Positions 1-9,398 of a stretch of 54,495 nt of DNA are shown here, in pieces. The first letter of the stretch is position 1; the number at the start of each line of letters is the position of its first letter. The notes under the pieces are model-generated. The model was not told the DNA's origin. It saw nothing but the letters and a program-made list of their open reading frames with translations, and did no database searches. This stretch comes from a virus (lineage: Duplodnaviria; Caudoviricetes). The translations under genes were made by a program, and so were the position numbers. The stretch spans positions 1 through 54,495 of the IMG/VR virus record IMGVR_UViG_3300021375_000035. One strand, 5' to 3'.

Positions 1-3000
1 TTTATATAGATCTAATTCATCTTTAGCTCTTTGTAAAGGACTCTCTACAACTTCTGTTGCTTCTGCCAAACTATTTCTACCTCCTTGATTTAAAACTAAT
101 AGCTCTATCTTAGACTCTAAAGCTTTAAACACAGCTTCCTCTCTAGTATTTAAATCTATGCCTCTTAGTAGTTTGTTAACTACAGGTTGTAAAAATTCAT
201 TATTAACACTTTCAAAATCTTCAGATACTAATTCTTCAAACTCCTCATCTGTTAACCCTTCTAAACCTGCATCTCCTAGTTCTTCATTAGTAGGATTTGG
301 TTGAGGTTTAACATCTTCTGGTTTTGTAGGATTAATAAAAGCAATTTGTTTTGAAGCTTCTATAGCTACCGCATCAGCAGTTACTCTTAATTTTTGTTGT
401 TCAATAACTTTAGGTAAAACAGAAGTGCTGGTTTTTGCTAGTATTTCTTCTACTGGTGCACCATCTGCAAATGATTGTCTTAAATTACCTGCTGAAATTT
501 TTACTGCTTCTCCTCTTACCGCTTCATCATTATTAAAGTCATTAATAAGAGACTGAATCTTTTGATCTGAAGATAACTCTTTATCTCTTACTTTATCTTT
601 ATCTAACTCAACTCTAGCAATCTCTTCAATATTATCTTTGCCTAATTTCTTTTTTAGTACAAACTGTGGTTTACCATAAGGGCTTACCTCTAAGTCAATA
701 ATATAACCTGGCTTATTACTTATAAATAATCTATTGCCTAAGTCTTCATTCCATTTATCATTAAATAAAACATCTTCTCCTTTAGCATTATCTTTTAAAG
801 TTAATTGAGCTCTCTCAATAACCTCATTATATAATTCACTTATCTCAAGAGTAGTAAGTCTATTAGATTTAACATTTACAGGTGCATAAGTACCATTAGG
901 TAGTTTGATAATTACATAATATCTATCAGTACCATTTAACATTTGATTGTATAACCCTTGCTCTAAAAGGCCCTGTTTTACATCTGCTCTTAATCTAGCT
1001 TGTGCATCACCTTCTAAATTAGTTACAGTTTGAACAGTTCTTTTTCCAGTGTTCTCATCATACTTCATATCATATATAAGAACACCACCATTTAAATCTG
1101 AGTCAGTAAACATTAAATCATTTACACTTCTTGCAGCTTGTGCTCCTTTTGGATAAGCTACTCTACCACCTTGTACTTTAAGTCCAAACTTACCAAAGCC
1201 TTTTTCAAATACATATGGCTCACTTTCAACTGTCAAGTTTAATGAGTCTAATTCATTTACTATTAAAGCATTTAATGCAAAGTTATTATGAACTAGATCT
1301 AACAACTCTTTATTAGACATGTTTTGTACACCGCCTGGATATATAGTATTAAGCATTTGCTCTTCAGTCATACTACGTGGATCTACAGGGTTACCCTGCA
1401 TGTCTTCCATTACAACATACTGATTATTTAAGAATGCAAAAAAACCTCCTGGATTAGTGTTAGGAGCTAGATTAGCTTTTGTTAATGCTTGATATATTTT
1501 TTCTTGTGCAGCTGGATCTTTAACTCTTATCCCTATTTGATACTTACTTGTTGCAAGTCTTATAAGTGGGTTAGGTGACAAATATGTTTGACCATCTTTA
1601 CCTACCATACTAAATTGTCTAGTACTTACTTCTCCACTATTCTCAGGTACAGTGATAACGTACTCTAAGTTTGCTAAATCATCTTTTGATAATGCTGATA
1701 TAATAACATTGTATCTTGCTTCTGCAGTTCCATTTGATCCAGAACCTTCTCCTTCATTAACTGCTTTATATGGTGTTACAGGTTCATTAACATCTATCCT
1801 TGCTACATTAGCATTTAATCTTGTAGTGTCTAATTTTTGTGGAGCATATACACCTTTAAACTCTCCTTCTTTTAAAGTAATAGTATTGCTCTTTAATTCT
1901 TTTTTGTTTGGTGTATTTAATGCAGCCGGTATAACTTTTAAATATCCTCTTGCTGCCTCACCAGGATTACTTAAAATGATATATGGTTCATTGTCTTTAT
2001 AAACTATCATCCCTTGACTCAAACCTTCTACATTATCAAAAGGAAAAACTGTTGTGTCTGGTGCAGTAGCTTCTATAATCTTAAATGCATCTTTAGCAGC
2101 ACCTAATGTTCTAAAAGATCCAAAACTGTGAGTCTTGTTTTTTGCTGTTAAAAAGTCTAACAACTGTTTAGAAAGATTGTTTCCTTGCAAGTCAGTAACC
2201 TTATAATATGTAACTGCTTCTCCTGTATTTATATCTACTGTATCAATTTGAATAATAGCAGCTGTTGATCCTTTTAATTTTACTTTTTTCTTTTGGTCAC
2301 CTAATACTGCAGATCCTTCATCACCTACTGCATCCGGCTGTATAAATATATCAGCTAGCGTAAGATTTAATTGATCTAATACTCTTTTTACATCAGGACT
2401 TTCTATTGTTTCTCTGCTTTGTGACCATTCTTGAAATCCATTTTCTGATAGTATTTGCTCCCTACTTAAAGGACTCACATACTCTGGTTGTTGAGTATCA
2501 GGATTATTGGTCATTCCACCAGCAGCCCAGATTTTCTTAACTGCATTAAAACCATTCTGCAAATTAATTCCTTCTTCTGTGTTTCTCCATTTCTCAAAAG
2601 ATAATACTGGGTCACCCATTATAGCAGCACTTGCAGCATACTTTCTATATTTTCTTTCTAGTAAAGCATTAAGCATGGGAGTATTATTAGTCTGTGGTAA
2701 TTCCACTTCTATACCCATATTATTAAGAGTATCTTCTACGTCTGCTGCTGCTTCATTTACAACTTGATCTTCTGTCTTTTCTTTTGGTTGAGTTTGCTCA
2801 GTAGTATCTTGCTCTTTAATTCCATTATAATTAATAAGCTTACTCTTTATTTGCTCATATACTTTTTTATTAAGTACTTCCATAGCACCGTCTGCATTAA
2901 GCATAGTAACCGGTCCATCTGCAGTGTAAAAAGTTTTTAAATGTTTACTATCTCCAGTCTTTAAGAACATTGCTGTTTCAAGTGGATCAGCAAACACAGA

Positions 3001-6000
3001 AGGAGAAATAGATGTTAGTTGATTTATAAGCTCATTTGCTTCAATTATACCCACATACTTTTCTACTACTTCTTCAAAATTTTCTTTTATTCTTGCATAA
3101 TATTGCTTTTCAAATGCATATTGTCTATCAACTATTTCAGTAAATCTATCTGGGTTTCCTAAATATTCAATAGTCTTATCATACACTCTTGCTCTTCCTC
3201 TTAAAGCAATATGATCCACTATATCTATTAAAGCCTTATCAATATTATCTTCACTAACAAAAGAGTCTTGAGTTCTTGCTAAGTACTGTACATAAGCTTT
3301 AAATGCAGGTCTTAATTTTTTGATGTTTCTTCTATCAAACTGACCTTTTCTTTTTCCTTTAGGATTAGTAGCATATTTAGGATCTTGAAGAATATCTTTA
3401 ATAGCTTGTAATCTACTAATACGTTCTTCTTTATCAGCTATATCTTTTGTTCTTGATTTTTGTTCTGAATCAGCAAAAACTTTCATTTCAGCCTTAAGCA
3501 TTTCTAATTCCTTATCTATACTTTCCATATTAAGAAGTACAGTAAGATCTTTAGCAGCCATCTTTTCAAAAATAGGCTCATTTTCTAACTTACTATATAT
3601 AGCATTAGATCTTTCTAAAGCTTTTTCAAAACCATCCTGAGTAAACATATATATAAACCTAGCATGATTCCAAGCATTTTCTTTTAATACTTCTTGTACA
3701 TATTCATTAGTATTCTTTTTGAACTTGGTTGAGTCAAATGGGTTAGGAAATTTAGCTTTGTTAGCTCTATAGCTTTTTTCTTGTTTGTCAATGGCTTCTA
3801 CCATCTTACCTAAACGTTCTCTAATCTTTCCGTTCTTTATATCTTGAGGGCTTACTCCTGCTGCATCTTTATAAGCTTCATATAACTCTTCATCACTTAG
3901 CGTCATCATATCAGTAAGCTGACTTCTAAAAACTTGTGAAGTACCATTACTAAATATAGTATACATTTGTTGGAACTTGGCTGCATCTTGAGCATCCTTA
4001 AAACCAAACATGTCATTATTATTAACAGCTGCTTTCATCTCTGCAGAAAGCTGCTTCTGCATCATAAAATTAAATTGATTCTCATCAAACAATGAGTTAG
4101 GATCATCTATTTGATTATTCCATGCAGTGTTGTGTGTATCTACAACAGTTTTAATAAAGTCATCTCTTTGGGTTTTGTATTCTTGCCAAGCTTCAGTTTG
4201 TTTTTTAGTACCAAAACTTCCTTTATCAAAACCTAAACCAGAAGCTGCTTCATTTAAACCATACTTATAGATAGAAGGAACTCCTTGGAAAAATAATTTT
4301 TGTGGTCCTTGTACAACACCACCCATTAAGAAACCAGACATAAATACACTAAACCCTTCTGAAGATAACTGTGATCCCATTCCTGAAGCAATAGAAGCAT
4401 TCCTTAATTGTATACCACCAGCCAATGGATCCTTCATAACCTCTGTAAAGTATCCTTCAGTTGCTGCTGCTACAGCTTCTTGTGATACTTCTTGTATACC
4501 TTCTGCAAAATTAGAAGCACTATATCTTAACATAGCAGCTCCACCTTTTCCAGCTAAACCTTTCCATCCTGCAGCTCTAACTTTTTTAATAGTACCTGCT
4601 AAATTAGAACCTACGTCTTCAAAGACATCTTTCATTAATTTACCACCCGCACCTCTTGTTGCTCCAGTCTTTACTACAGTTTTAAAGCCTGTTTCAAATG
4701 CATCATTAAAAACTCTACCTAAAGTTCTATTAAACCCTCCCATTGCATTTCCTAATACAAACCAGTTACTGGCATATATAATAGGAGCATTAGCCATTGT
4801 AGTATAAAAGGCTGCTTTACTTGCTTTAGAAGTAATCTTAGCCATTTCTTCAGGAGTAACAGCTCTTCCTGATTTAGCTTCATATATGTCTATACCTTCT
4901 CTTACAATGTTATTATAAACCATACCCCCTTCAAGCTTGCTCTCTGCTAATGCTAGATTAACTGCTCTTACATCTCTATAAAAACCACCAAATGTATTTG
5001 CTGCTTTGGCTATGTTAATACCATTCTGTGCTGCATTTTGAGCAGTCTTAAAATTCTTAAGTGCATATAACGTATTAGGTGCAAATGCATTTCCTAAAAC
5101 TTGACCACCAGTTTTAGCAGCAGACCAAAAATCTTTTGCTGCGTCAGCACTCTTTAAAGTTCTATAAATGTCTCTACCGGCTTCCATACCTCTAAACACA
5201 TTAAATACTCTTGCTCCTTCAACTGCTAGTCTTTTTAGGTTTGCTCCAGTTCTGGCTAATAACACTGCATCTGAAGCAGGATTTAAAAAACCTTGTACTC
5301 CTGCAGCAGCAAATAGTGCTAACTCTTCTACAGCAATAGAACCTATAATACCCATTGTATATGCAGAGTTTAGTAATAGGTTGTTAGTCCAAGCCATACC
5401 CCCATCTCTAGAGGAGTTACCAATTCTCATTGCATCCTCAAACTCTAATGCAGTAGTTGTATCAGGTTGATAAAAATAATCATCACCATCAAATAAATCT
5501 CCTATAGATCTATATACACTACTAAATCCTGAGCCAGCCAAACTAGTCCATTGACCCCACATTCTAGACATGTCATCATACACATCACTATTTACATTGT
5601 AATACTCTTCCATATTACTGTAAGGTGCAAAACCTAAATCATTAAAACTTGAATGATTAAAGTATCTGTCAAACTGAGCACTTCTCATATTGACAAATCG
5701 TGGTGCTTCTATATCATTAGAAGGTCCAGCAGAAACATTATCATTTAAAATTCTTTGAATCTTACTAAAATCATTATCAGGTGGGTTTTGTTGAGCAACA
5801 GGATCAAAAGTACCAGTAGCTAAAGATGGACGTGCTACACCTAAGTTAGCTAAAGCAGGTATACCATACTGATCTAACTCATTCTTAAATCTATTAACAC
5901 CTGATATAATGCTTGGATCAACAGCATTTATATCTGCTATCTGCGTATAAGCATTATCAAACATTTCTGTAACAGGAATAAATCTCTCATCTGCTGGATT

Positions 6001-6087
6001 AACTACACTAGAATAAGGTCTTTGTGTTTCTTGTATAGTAGTAGCTAGAGAGTCATTCTGAAAGCTCTTGTCATTTTGGTTCTCCAT
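1..6087 (-). CDS. Giant virion cargo/ejection protein, >2029 aa, truncated at left edge (not in ORF track)
   Basis: Manual translation from ATG at 6087 (MENQNDKSFQNDSLATTIQETQRP...) stays open to position 1 (...LQRAKDELDLYK). Starts 6 nt after the stop of the 1081-aa gene. Has Gly/Ala-rich hydrophobic segments (MGIIGSIAVEELALFAAAGVQGFL; FSVFMSGFLMGGVVQG) and an AEGIQEVSQE motif typical of phage internal virion proteins. Position matches the crAss-like cargo/virion-RNAP block. Confidence 0.85.
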   Translation of the reverse strand, partial: MENQNDKSFQNDSLATTIQETQRPYSSVVNPADERFIPVTEMFDNAYTQIADINAVDPSIISGVNRFKNELDQYGIPALANLGVARPSLATGTFDPVAQQNPPDNDFSKIQRILNDNVSAGPSNDIEAPRFVNMRSAQFDRYFNHSSFNDLGFAPYSNMEEYYNVNSDVYDDMSRMWGQWTSLAGSGFSSVYRSIGDLFDGDDYFYQPDTTTALEFEDAMRIGNSSRDGGMAWTNNLLLNSAYTMGIIGSIAVEELALFAAAGVQGFLNPASDAVLLARTGANLKRLAVEGARVFNVFRGMEAGRDIYRTLKSADAAKDFWSAAKTGGQVLGNAFAPNTLYALKNFKTAQNAAQNGINIAKAANTFGGFYRDVRAVNLALAESKLEGGMVYNNIVREGIDIYEAKSGRAVTPEEMAKITSKASKAAFYTTMANAPIIYASNWFVLGNAMGGFNRTLGRVFNDAFETGFKTVVKTGATRGAGGKLMKDVFEDVGSNLAGTIKKVRAAGWKGLAGKGGAAMLRYSASNFAEGIQEVSQEAVAAATEGYFTEVMKDPLAGGIQLRNASIASGMGSQLSSEGFSVFMSGFLMGGVVQGPQKLFFQGVPSIYKYGLNEAASGLGFDKGSFGTKKQTEAWQEYKTQRDDFIKTVVDTHNTAWNNQIDDPNSLFDENQFNFMMQKQLSAEMKAAVNNNDMFGFKDAQDAAKFQQMYTIFSNGTSQVFRSQLTDMMTLSDEELYEAYKDAAGVSPQDIKNGKIRERLGKMVEAIDKQEKSYRANKAKFPNPFDSTKFKKNTNEYVQEVLKENAWNHARFIYMFTQDGFEKALERSNAIYSKLENEPIFEKMAAKDLTVLLNMESIDKELEMLKAEMKVFADSEQKSRTKDIADKEERISRLQAIKDILQDPKYATNPKGKRKGQFDRRNIKKLRPAFKAYVQYLARTQDSFVSEDNIDKALIDIVDHIALRGRARVYDKTIEYLGNPDRFTEIVDRQYAFEKQYYARIKENFEEVVEKYVGIIEANELINQLTSISPSVFADPLETAMFLKTGDSKHLKTFYTADGPVTMLNADGAMEVLNKKVYEQIKSKLINYNGIKEQDTTEQTQPKEKTEDQVVNEAAADVEDTLNNMGIEVELPQTNNTPMLNALLERKYRKYAASAAIMGDPVLSFEKWRNTEEGINLQNGFNAVKKIWAAGGMTNNPDTQQPEYVSPLSREQILSENGFQEWSQSRETIESPDVKRVLDQLNLTLADIFIQPDAVGDEGSAVLGDQKKKVKLKGSTAAIIQIDTVDINTGEAVTYYKVTDLQGNNLSKQLLDFLTAKNKTHSFGSFRTLGAAKDAFKIIEATAPDTTVFPFDNVEGLSQGMIVYKDNEPYIILSNPGEAARGYLKVIPAALNTPNKKELKSNTITLKEGEFKGVYAPQKLDTTRLNANVARIDVNEPVTPYKAVNEGEGSGSNGTAEARYNVIISALSKDDLANLEYVITVPENSGEVSTRQFSMVGKDGQTYLSPNPLIRLATSKYQIGIRVKDPAAQEKIYQALTKANLAPNTNPGGFFAFLNNQYVVMEDMQGNPVDPRSMTEEQMLNTIYPGGVQNMSNKELLDLVHNNFALNALIVNELDSLNLTVESEPYVFEKGFGKFGLKVQGGRVAYPKGAQAARSVNDLMFTDSDLNGGVLIYDMKYDENTGKRTVQTVTNLEGDAQARLRADVKQGLLEQGLYNQMLNGTDRYYVIIKLPNGTYAPVNVKSNRLTTLEISELYNEVIERAQLTLKDNAKGEDVLFNDKWNEDLGNRLFISNKPGYIIDLEVSPYGKPQFVLKKKLGKDNIEEIARVELDKDKVRDKELSSDQKIQSLINDFNNDEAVRGEAVKISAGNLRQSFADGAPVEEILAKTSTSVLPKVIEQQKLRVTADAVAIEASKQIAFINPTKPEDVKPQPNPTNEELGDAGLEGLTDEEFEELVSEDFESVNNEFLQPVVNKLLRGIDLNTREEAVFKALESKIELLVLNQGGRNSLAEATEVVESPLQRAKDELDLYK

Positions 6088-6093
6088 CTATTT

Positions 6094-9000
6094 TTATCTT
6101 TGTCCGTTTTCAGCATTATCTTTTTCCCTAGCCAATCTATTTTCTTCTCTTTTATTTCTTAAAAATTTATCAAAATTAGCTATATGTATATCAAGTCCTC
6201 TTAATCCATTTTGCATATTAATAGGTTGTGTCTCTGTTCTAGTTGTGTAAGTACCACCCGGCACATATGTATTAATAGAATAATGTAGATTATATTGATT
6301 TGTACCTGTTTTAATTACTCTGTAAGTTCCAGTTGGTGATAATCCTTCAGGCATCTCAAACTCTGCATATCCATTATTACCAGCAAGTATAGCTGTTTCT
6401 ACATTTGAATAATATAAGTTATCTATACTCTTAGTGTTACCATCAAACTCTTGTGGTATAATAAAACTAATACCTGCAGTTCCTTGAACACCATCTTCTA
6501 CTGAGCTAGCTCCAGTTAAACTGTTTATTTCATCAGTAGTTAATGCACCAAATTCTGAGCCAGTTCCACTTGCAGTATTACTTCCTTGTTTCTTACTTGC
6601 TAACCACTCAGGATTAAATATTACTCTATATCCTGCATTGGTTTTAGTAGGATCATCTGACTTACCATATGATGGCATATACTGTATAGTAGCTCTAGGA
6701 GCTATTTTAGCAGTATTTGATCTCTTAGGATTGTTATACCATGTATTTAAATCTTGTTTATATAAGTTCCATGCTTTTATAGCTGTTGCATCTTGTTGCA
6801 TCATACTTTGTACATCATCATAACCAAAGAAGTTTGCTGCATCTATATCTCCTTGTATAATACCATATCCTGTACCAGCATTGTCTAATGTATTTAATTG
6901 GTTTATTAGCTGAACCATTTCTGCTTCTGCTTGAGGATTTGGAGATAGTGGATCTAAAGTATACTCATAAGTAGGTGCCATAACAACATCCACCCCTTTT
7001 GCATCACTACGTCCATAAGCCGTAGAATATAAATCTCCACTAGCAACTTTACCTGAAGTTAAAGTCATGTTTAATACATCTCTGTTTTTCTGATAAAATC
7101 TTTGAGCTTCATCTTTAACTGCTCTTTCATCAATCATCCTTGCTCTAGAACCATCCTTATTATATATTGGTTTAGCTCTCTCTACATAGTTTCCATAAAT
7201 AGGATCATATTCTCTTACCATTTCATAAGCAGGAATCATGTAGTCTTCATTGTTAGTACCTGTATCCCATTTCCAGTCTAAATTAGGGTTGGTTATATTA
7301 CCTTCTTTAACTCCTTTAAGTACTAATTCTTCATACTCTTCATAGGACATTAGAGTACCATTATCATTCATTATAGGAGGGAATCCTGCTTCATCCATTT
7401 GAGCATATATATTATCTCCATCATCCTCTTTTAATACTGCAGCAGCAGATAAATCATATGCCGCTTTATGATTATCTAAAGCAGTAGTCATAAATTGATC
7501 TAACCCATCTCTTTTATTTATTGTACCATTAAGACCCCAAACCTTATTATATAATGCATCATATTGATTTCTTTTATCTGTACCCATTGTTAATGATGGA
7601 TCATCTAGAGTTCTTTGTCTAGTATCTTTAAACTCTGTAGATAACTGGCCAAATAGATTTTCTACTGCCACTCTTTGATCATATACTGGTAAGGCATTTT
7701 CATCTTCAGGATCTATTTCAGCTGAAGTACTTAGCTTTTTTCTTATCTCTTCTATAGTACCTCTATATTCTGAACCATCAGATAAAGTAACACCATATGT
7801 TTGATCTTGGCTAGCATTATCTCCTGTTGGATTTAATAGCTGCATCATAGCTAAACTATCTTCTAACTGATCATTAAATATTTTACCATCTTCTTTTAGG
7901 AATTGTTCATTAGTTCTCTGAATTAAATCAGTATTTGGATCTAACTGACCATCATCATCAACTGCTCCAGTAATAGTAGTACCATCACCAAAGTTTACTC
8001 TAGTATCTGTAAGTGCATTTCCTAATGGATTACCTTGACTTCCTATAAGCTCACCTTTCTTAGCTGCTAAATCTTCTTCTCTATCAGCTTTATACTTTGC
8101 TAAGTTCATATCATTTTCTGCATTAGCTCTAATCTTAGCCATGTCATATCTAAACCTATCATCCATCATCTTTCTTTCATTGACTCTGATAGTGTGCTCT
8201 TGATCTCTTGCACCATAAGATATAGCAGCATTTACTAAATCAGTTTCAATATTGGCACCCATAAGCATTCTATATGCTTTGTTTAAATTGCCATCTACAC
8301 TGTTAGTAGGTAATTGCCCTTCTCTTTTAATATTCATACGTGCATCCAATGCTGCTTGAGTTGCCTCAGCAACAGACATGTTTTCCTCTAATGCTTGTGA
8401 CATATCAGAACCTGGAATTATACCATTTTGTTTTTGGTAGTTTTCCCAATTAGCATTTACATTAATTTGTTTTGCTTGATCTTCTAACCCTGCTTGTATA
8501 GCCAGATCATTTCTTTGATTAATTCTATTAATGGTTTCAGCAGCCCATGCGTTTTGTCCTTCTTCTACTGTTTGAAAAGCTCCTGCTTGCATACCATTAG
8601 CTGCAAAATCTCTACTAGCTACAAACGCATCATCTGCATAAGCTGCTTGTACTCTTGGATCTTTCATTAAAGTCTGCTGTAATATTTGTAATGCAGCACC
8701 AGTAACAAGTGAACCATTTTGATTAGTAATAATGTAATTGCCATCTTCACTAAACTGATCCATTTTCATTTTTAATGGAGGGTCCATTTCACCTAATATC
8801 TTTTCAGACATTTTATATAGGTTAACATTCTGCACATAATTAGGCAATTTCATATTTAATGCTTTACTTGCATCAGCATTTATAAAATCATCTAATTGAT
8901 ATTGCAAGCTTCTTTTACCACGCTCAGAATATCTATCAGCAGCAACTTCAGTTCCTTGATCTAGTAACCGTTGTGCATGTGCCATTTCTTTTCTATATGC

Positions 9001-9339
9001 AGATGTATATACTATGTCTTTTACAATTAAATCATCCTCATAAAAAGGTGCAAAAACACTTCTAGCATTATCTGCATTTTGTTGTAATGACAAATCCATA
9101 CCAGAAATTTTTTCAATAGCTGGTGCTATAGTTTCTGCATATTGATCTCTCTTTGTTTTGTTATCTTCTCTAGATAAGTCAGCATATACTACCTTGTTGT
9201 ATAGATCATTAGTTGCTTTAAAATTGGCATCATACTTATCAGTTCTTGTTTCTAAAACTGCAGACAAGAATTTATAATCCGGTGTAAACGGTTTAATATC
9301 TGGTAAGTAAGTATCTGCTCCTTTAATGTATGTTGCCAT
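6094..9339 (-). CDS. Large virion cargo protein (1081 aa), function unknown
   Basis: Long acidic Cys-free ORF in the cargo block downstream of the muzzle; N-terminus with PFTPDYKFL followed by predicted helices. Confidence 0.7.
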   Translation of the reverse strand: MATYIKGADTYLPDIKPFTPDYKFLSAVLETRTDKYDANFKATNDLYNKVVYADLSREDNKTKRDQYAETIAPAIEKISGMDLSLQQNADNARSVFAPFYEDDLIVKDIVYTSAYRKEMAHAQRLLDQGTEVAADRYSERGKRSLQYQLDDFINADASKALNMKLPNYVQNVNLYKMSEKILGEMDPPLKMKMDQFSEDGNYIITNQNGSLVTGAALQILQQTLMKDPRVQAAYADDAFVASRDFAANGMQAGAFQTVEEGQNAWAAETINRINQRNDLAIQAGLEDQAKQINVNANWENYQKQNGIIPGSDMSQALEENMSVAEATQAALDARMNIKREGQLPTNSVDGNLNKAYRMLMGANIETDLVNAAISYGARDQEHTIRVNERKMMDDRFRYDMAKIRANAENDMNLAKYKADREEDLAAKKGELIGSQGNPLGNALTDTRVNFGDGTTITGAVDDDGQLDPNTDLIQRTNEQFLKEDGKIFNDQLEDSLAMMQLLNPTGDNASQDQTYGVTLSDGSEYRGTIEEIRKKLSTSAEIDPEDENALPVYDQRVAVENLFGQLSTEFKDTRQRTLDDPSLTMGTDKRNQYDALYNKVWGLNGTINKRDGLDQFMTTALDNHKAAYDLSAAAVLKEDDGDNIYAQMDEAGFPPIMNDNGTLMSYEEYEELVLKGVKEGNITNPNLDWKWDTGTNNEDYMIPAYEMVREYDPIYGNYVERAKPIYNKDGSRARMIDERAVKDEAQRFYQKNRDVLNMTLTSGKVASGDLYSTAYGRSDAKGVDVVMAPTYEYTLDPLSPNPQAEAEMVQLINQLNTLDNAGTGYGIIQGDIDAANFFGYDDVQSMMQQDATAIKAWNLYKQDLNTWYNNPKRSNTAKIAPRATIQYMPSYGKSDDPTKTNAGYRVIFNPEWLASKKQGSNTASGTGSEFGALTTDEINSLTGASSVEDGVQGTAGISFIIPQEFDGNTKSIDNLYYSNVETAILAGNNGYAEFEMPEGLSPTGTYRVIKTGTNQYNLHYSINTYVPGGTYTTRTETQPINMQNGLRGLDIHIANFDKFLRNKREENRLAREKDNAENGQR

Positions 9340-9343
9340 AATT

Positions 9344-9374
9344 CAAAATTAATATAATTTAATAAGTTTACAAA
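9344..9374 (-). promoter_or_regulatory. Bacteroidota-type promoter TTTG-N19-TAATTTTG overlapping a TATATTA motif
   Basis: Minus strand reads TTTG taaacttattaaattatat TAATTTTG aatt ATG, matching the -33/-7 consensus TTTG-N19-21-TAnnTTTG. The TTTG lies in an AAAGAGT/ACTCTTT hairpin arm (9372-9394). Confidence 0.5.
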
Positions 9375-9398
9375 GAGTATTAAATAAACTCTTTAAGT

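Noticed and set aside
1-6087. Calling the giant ORF the virion RNA polymerase
   Set aside because: No catalytic DxDxD-type motif seen in the visible part; only synteny supports it.
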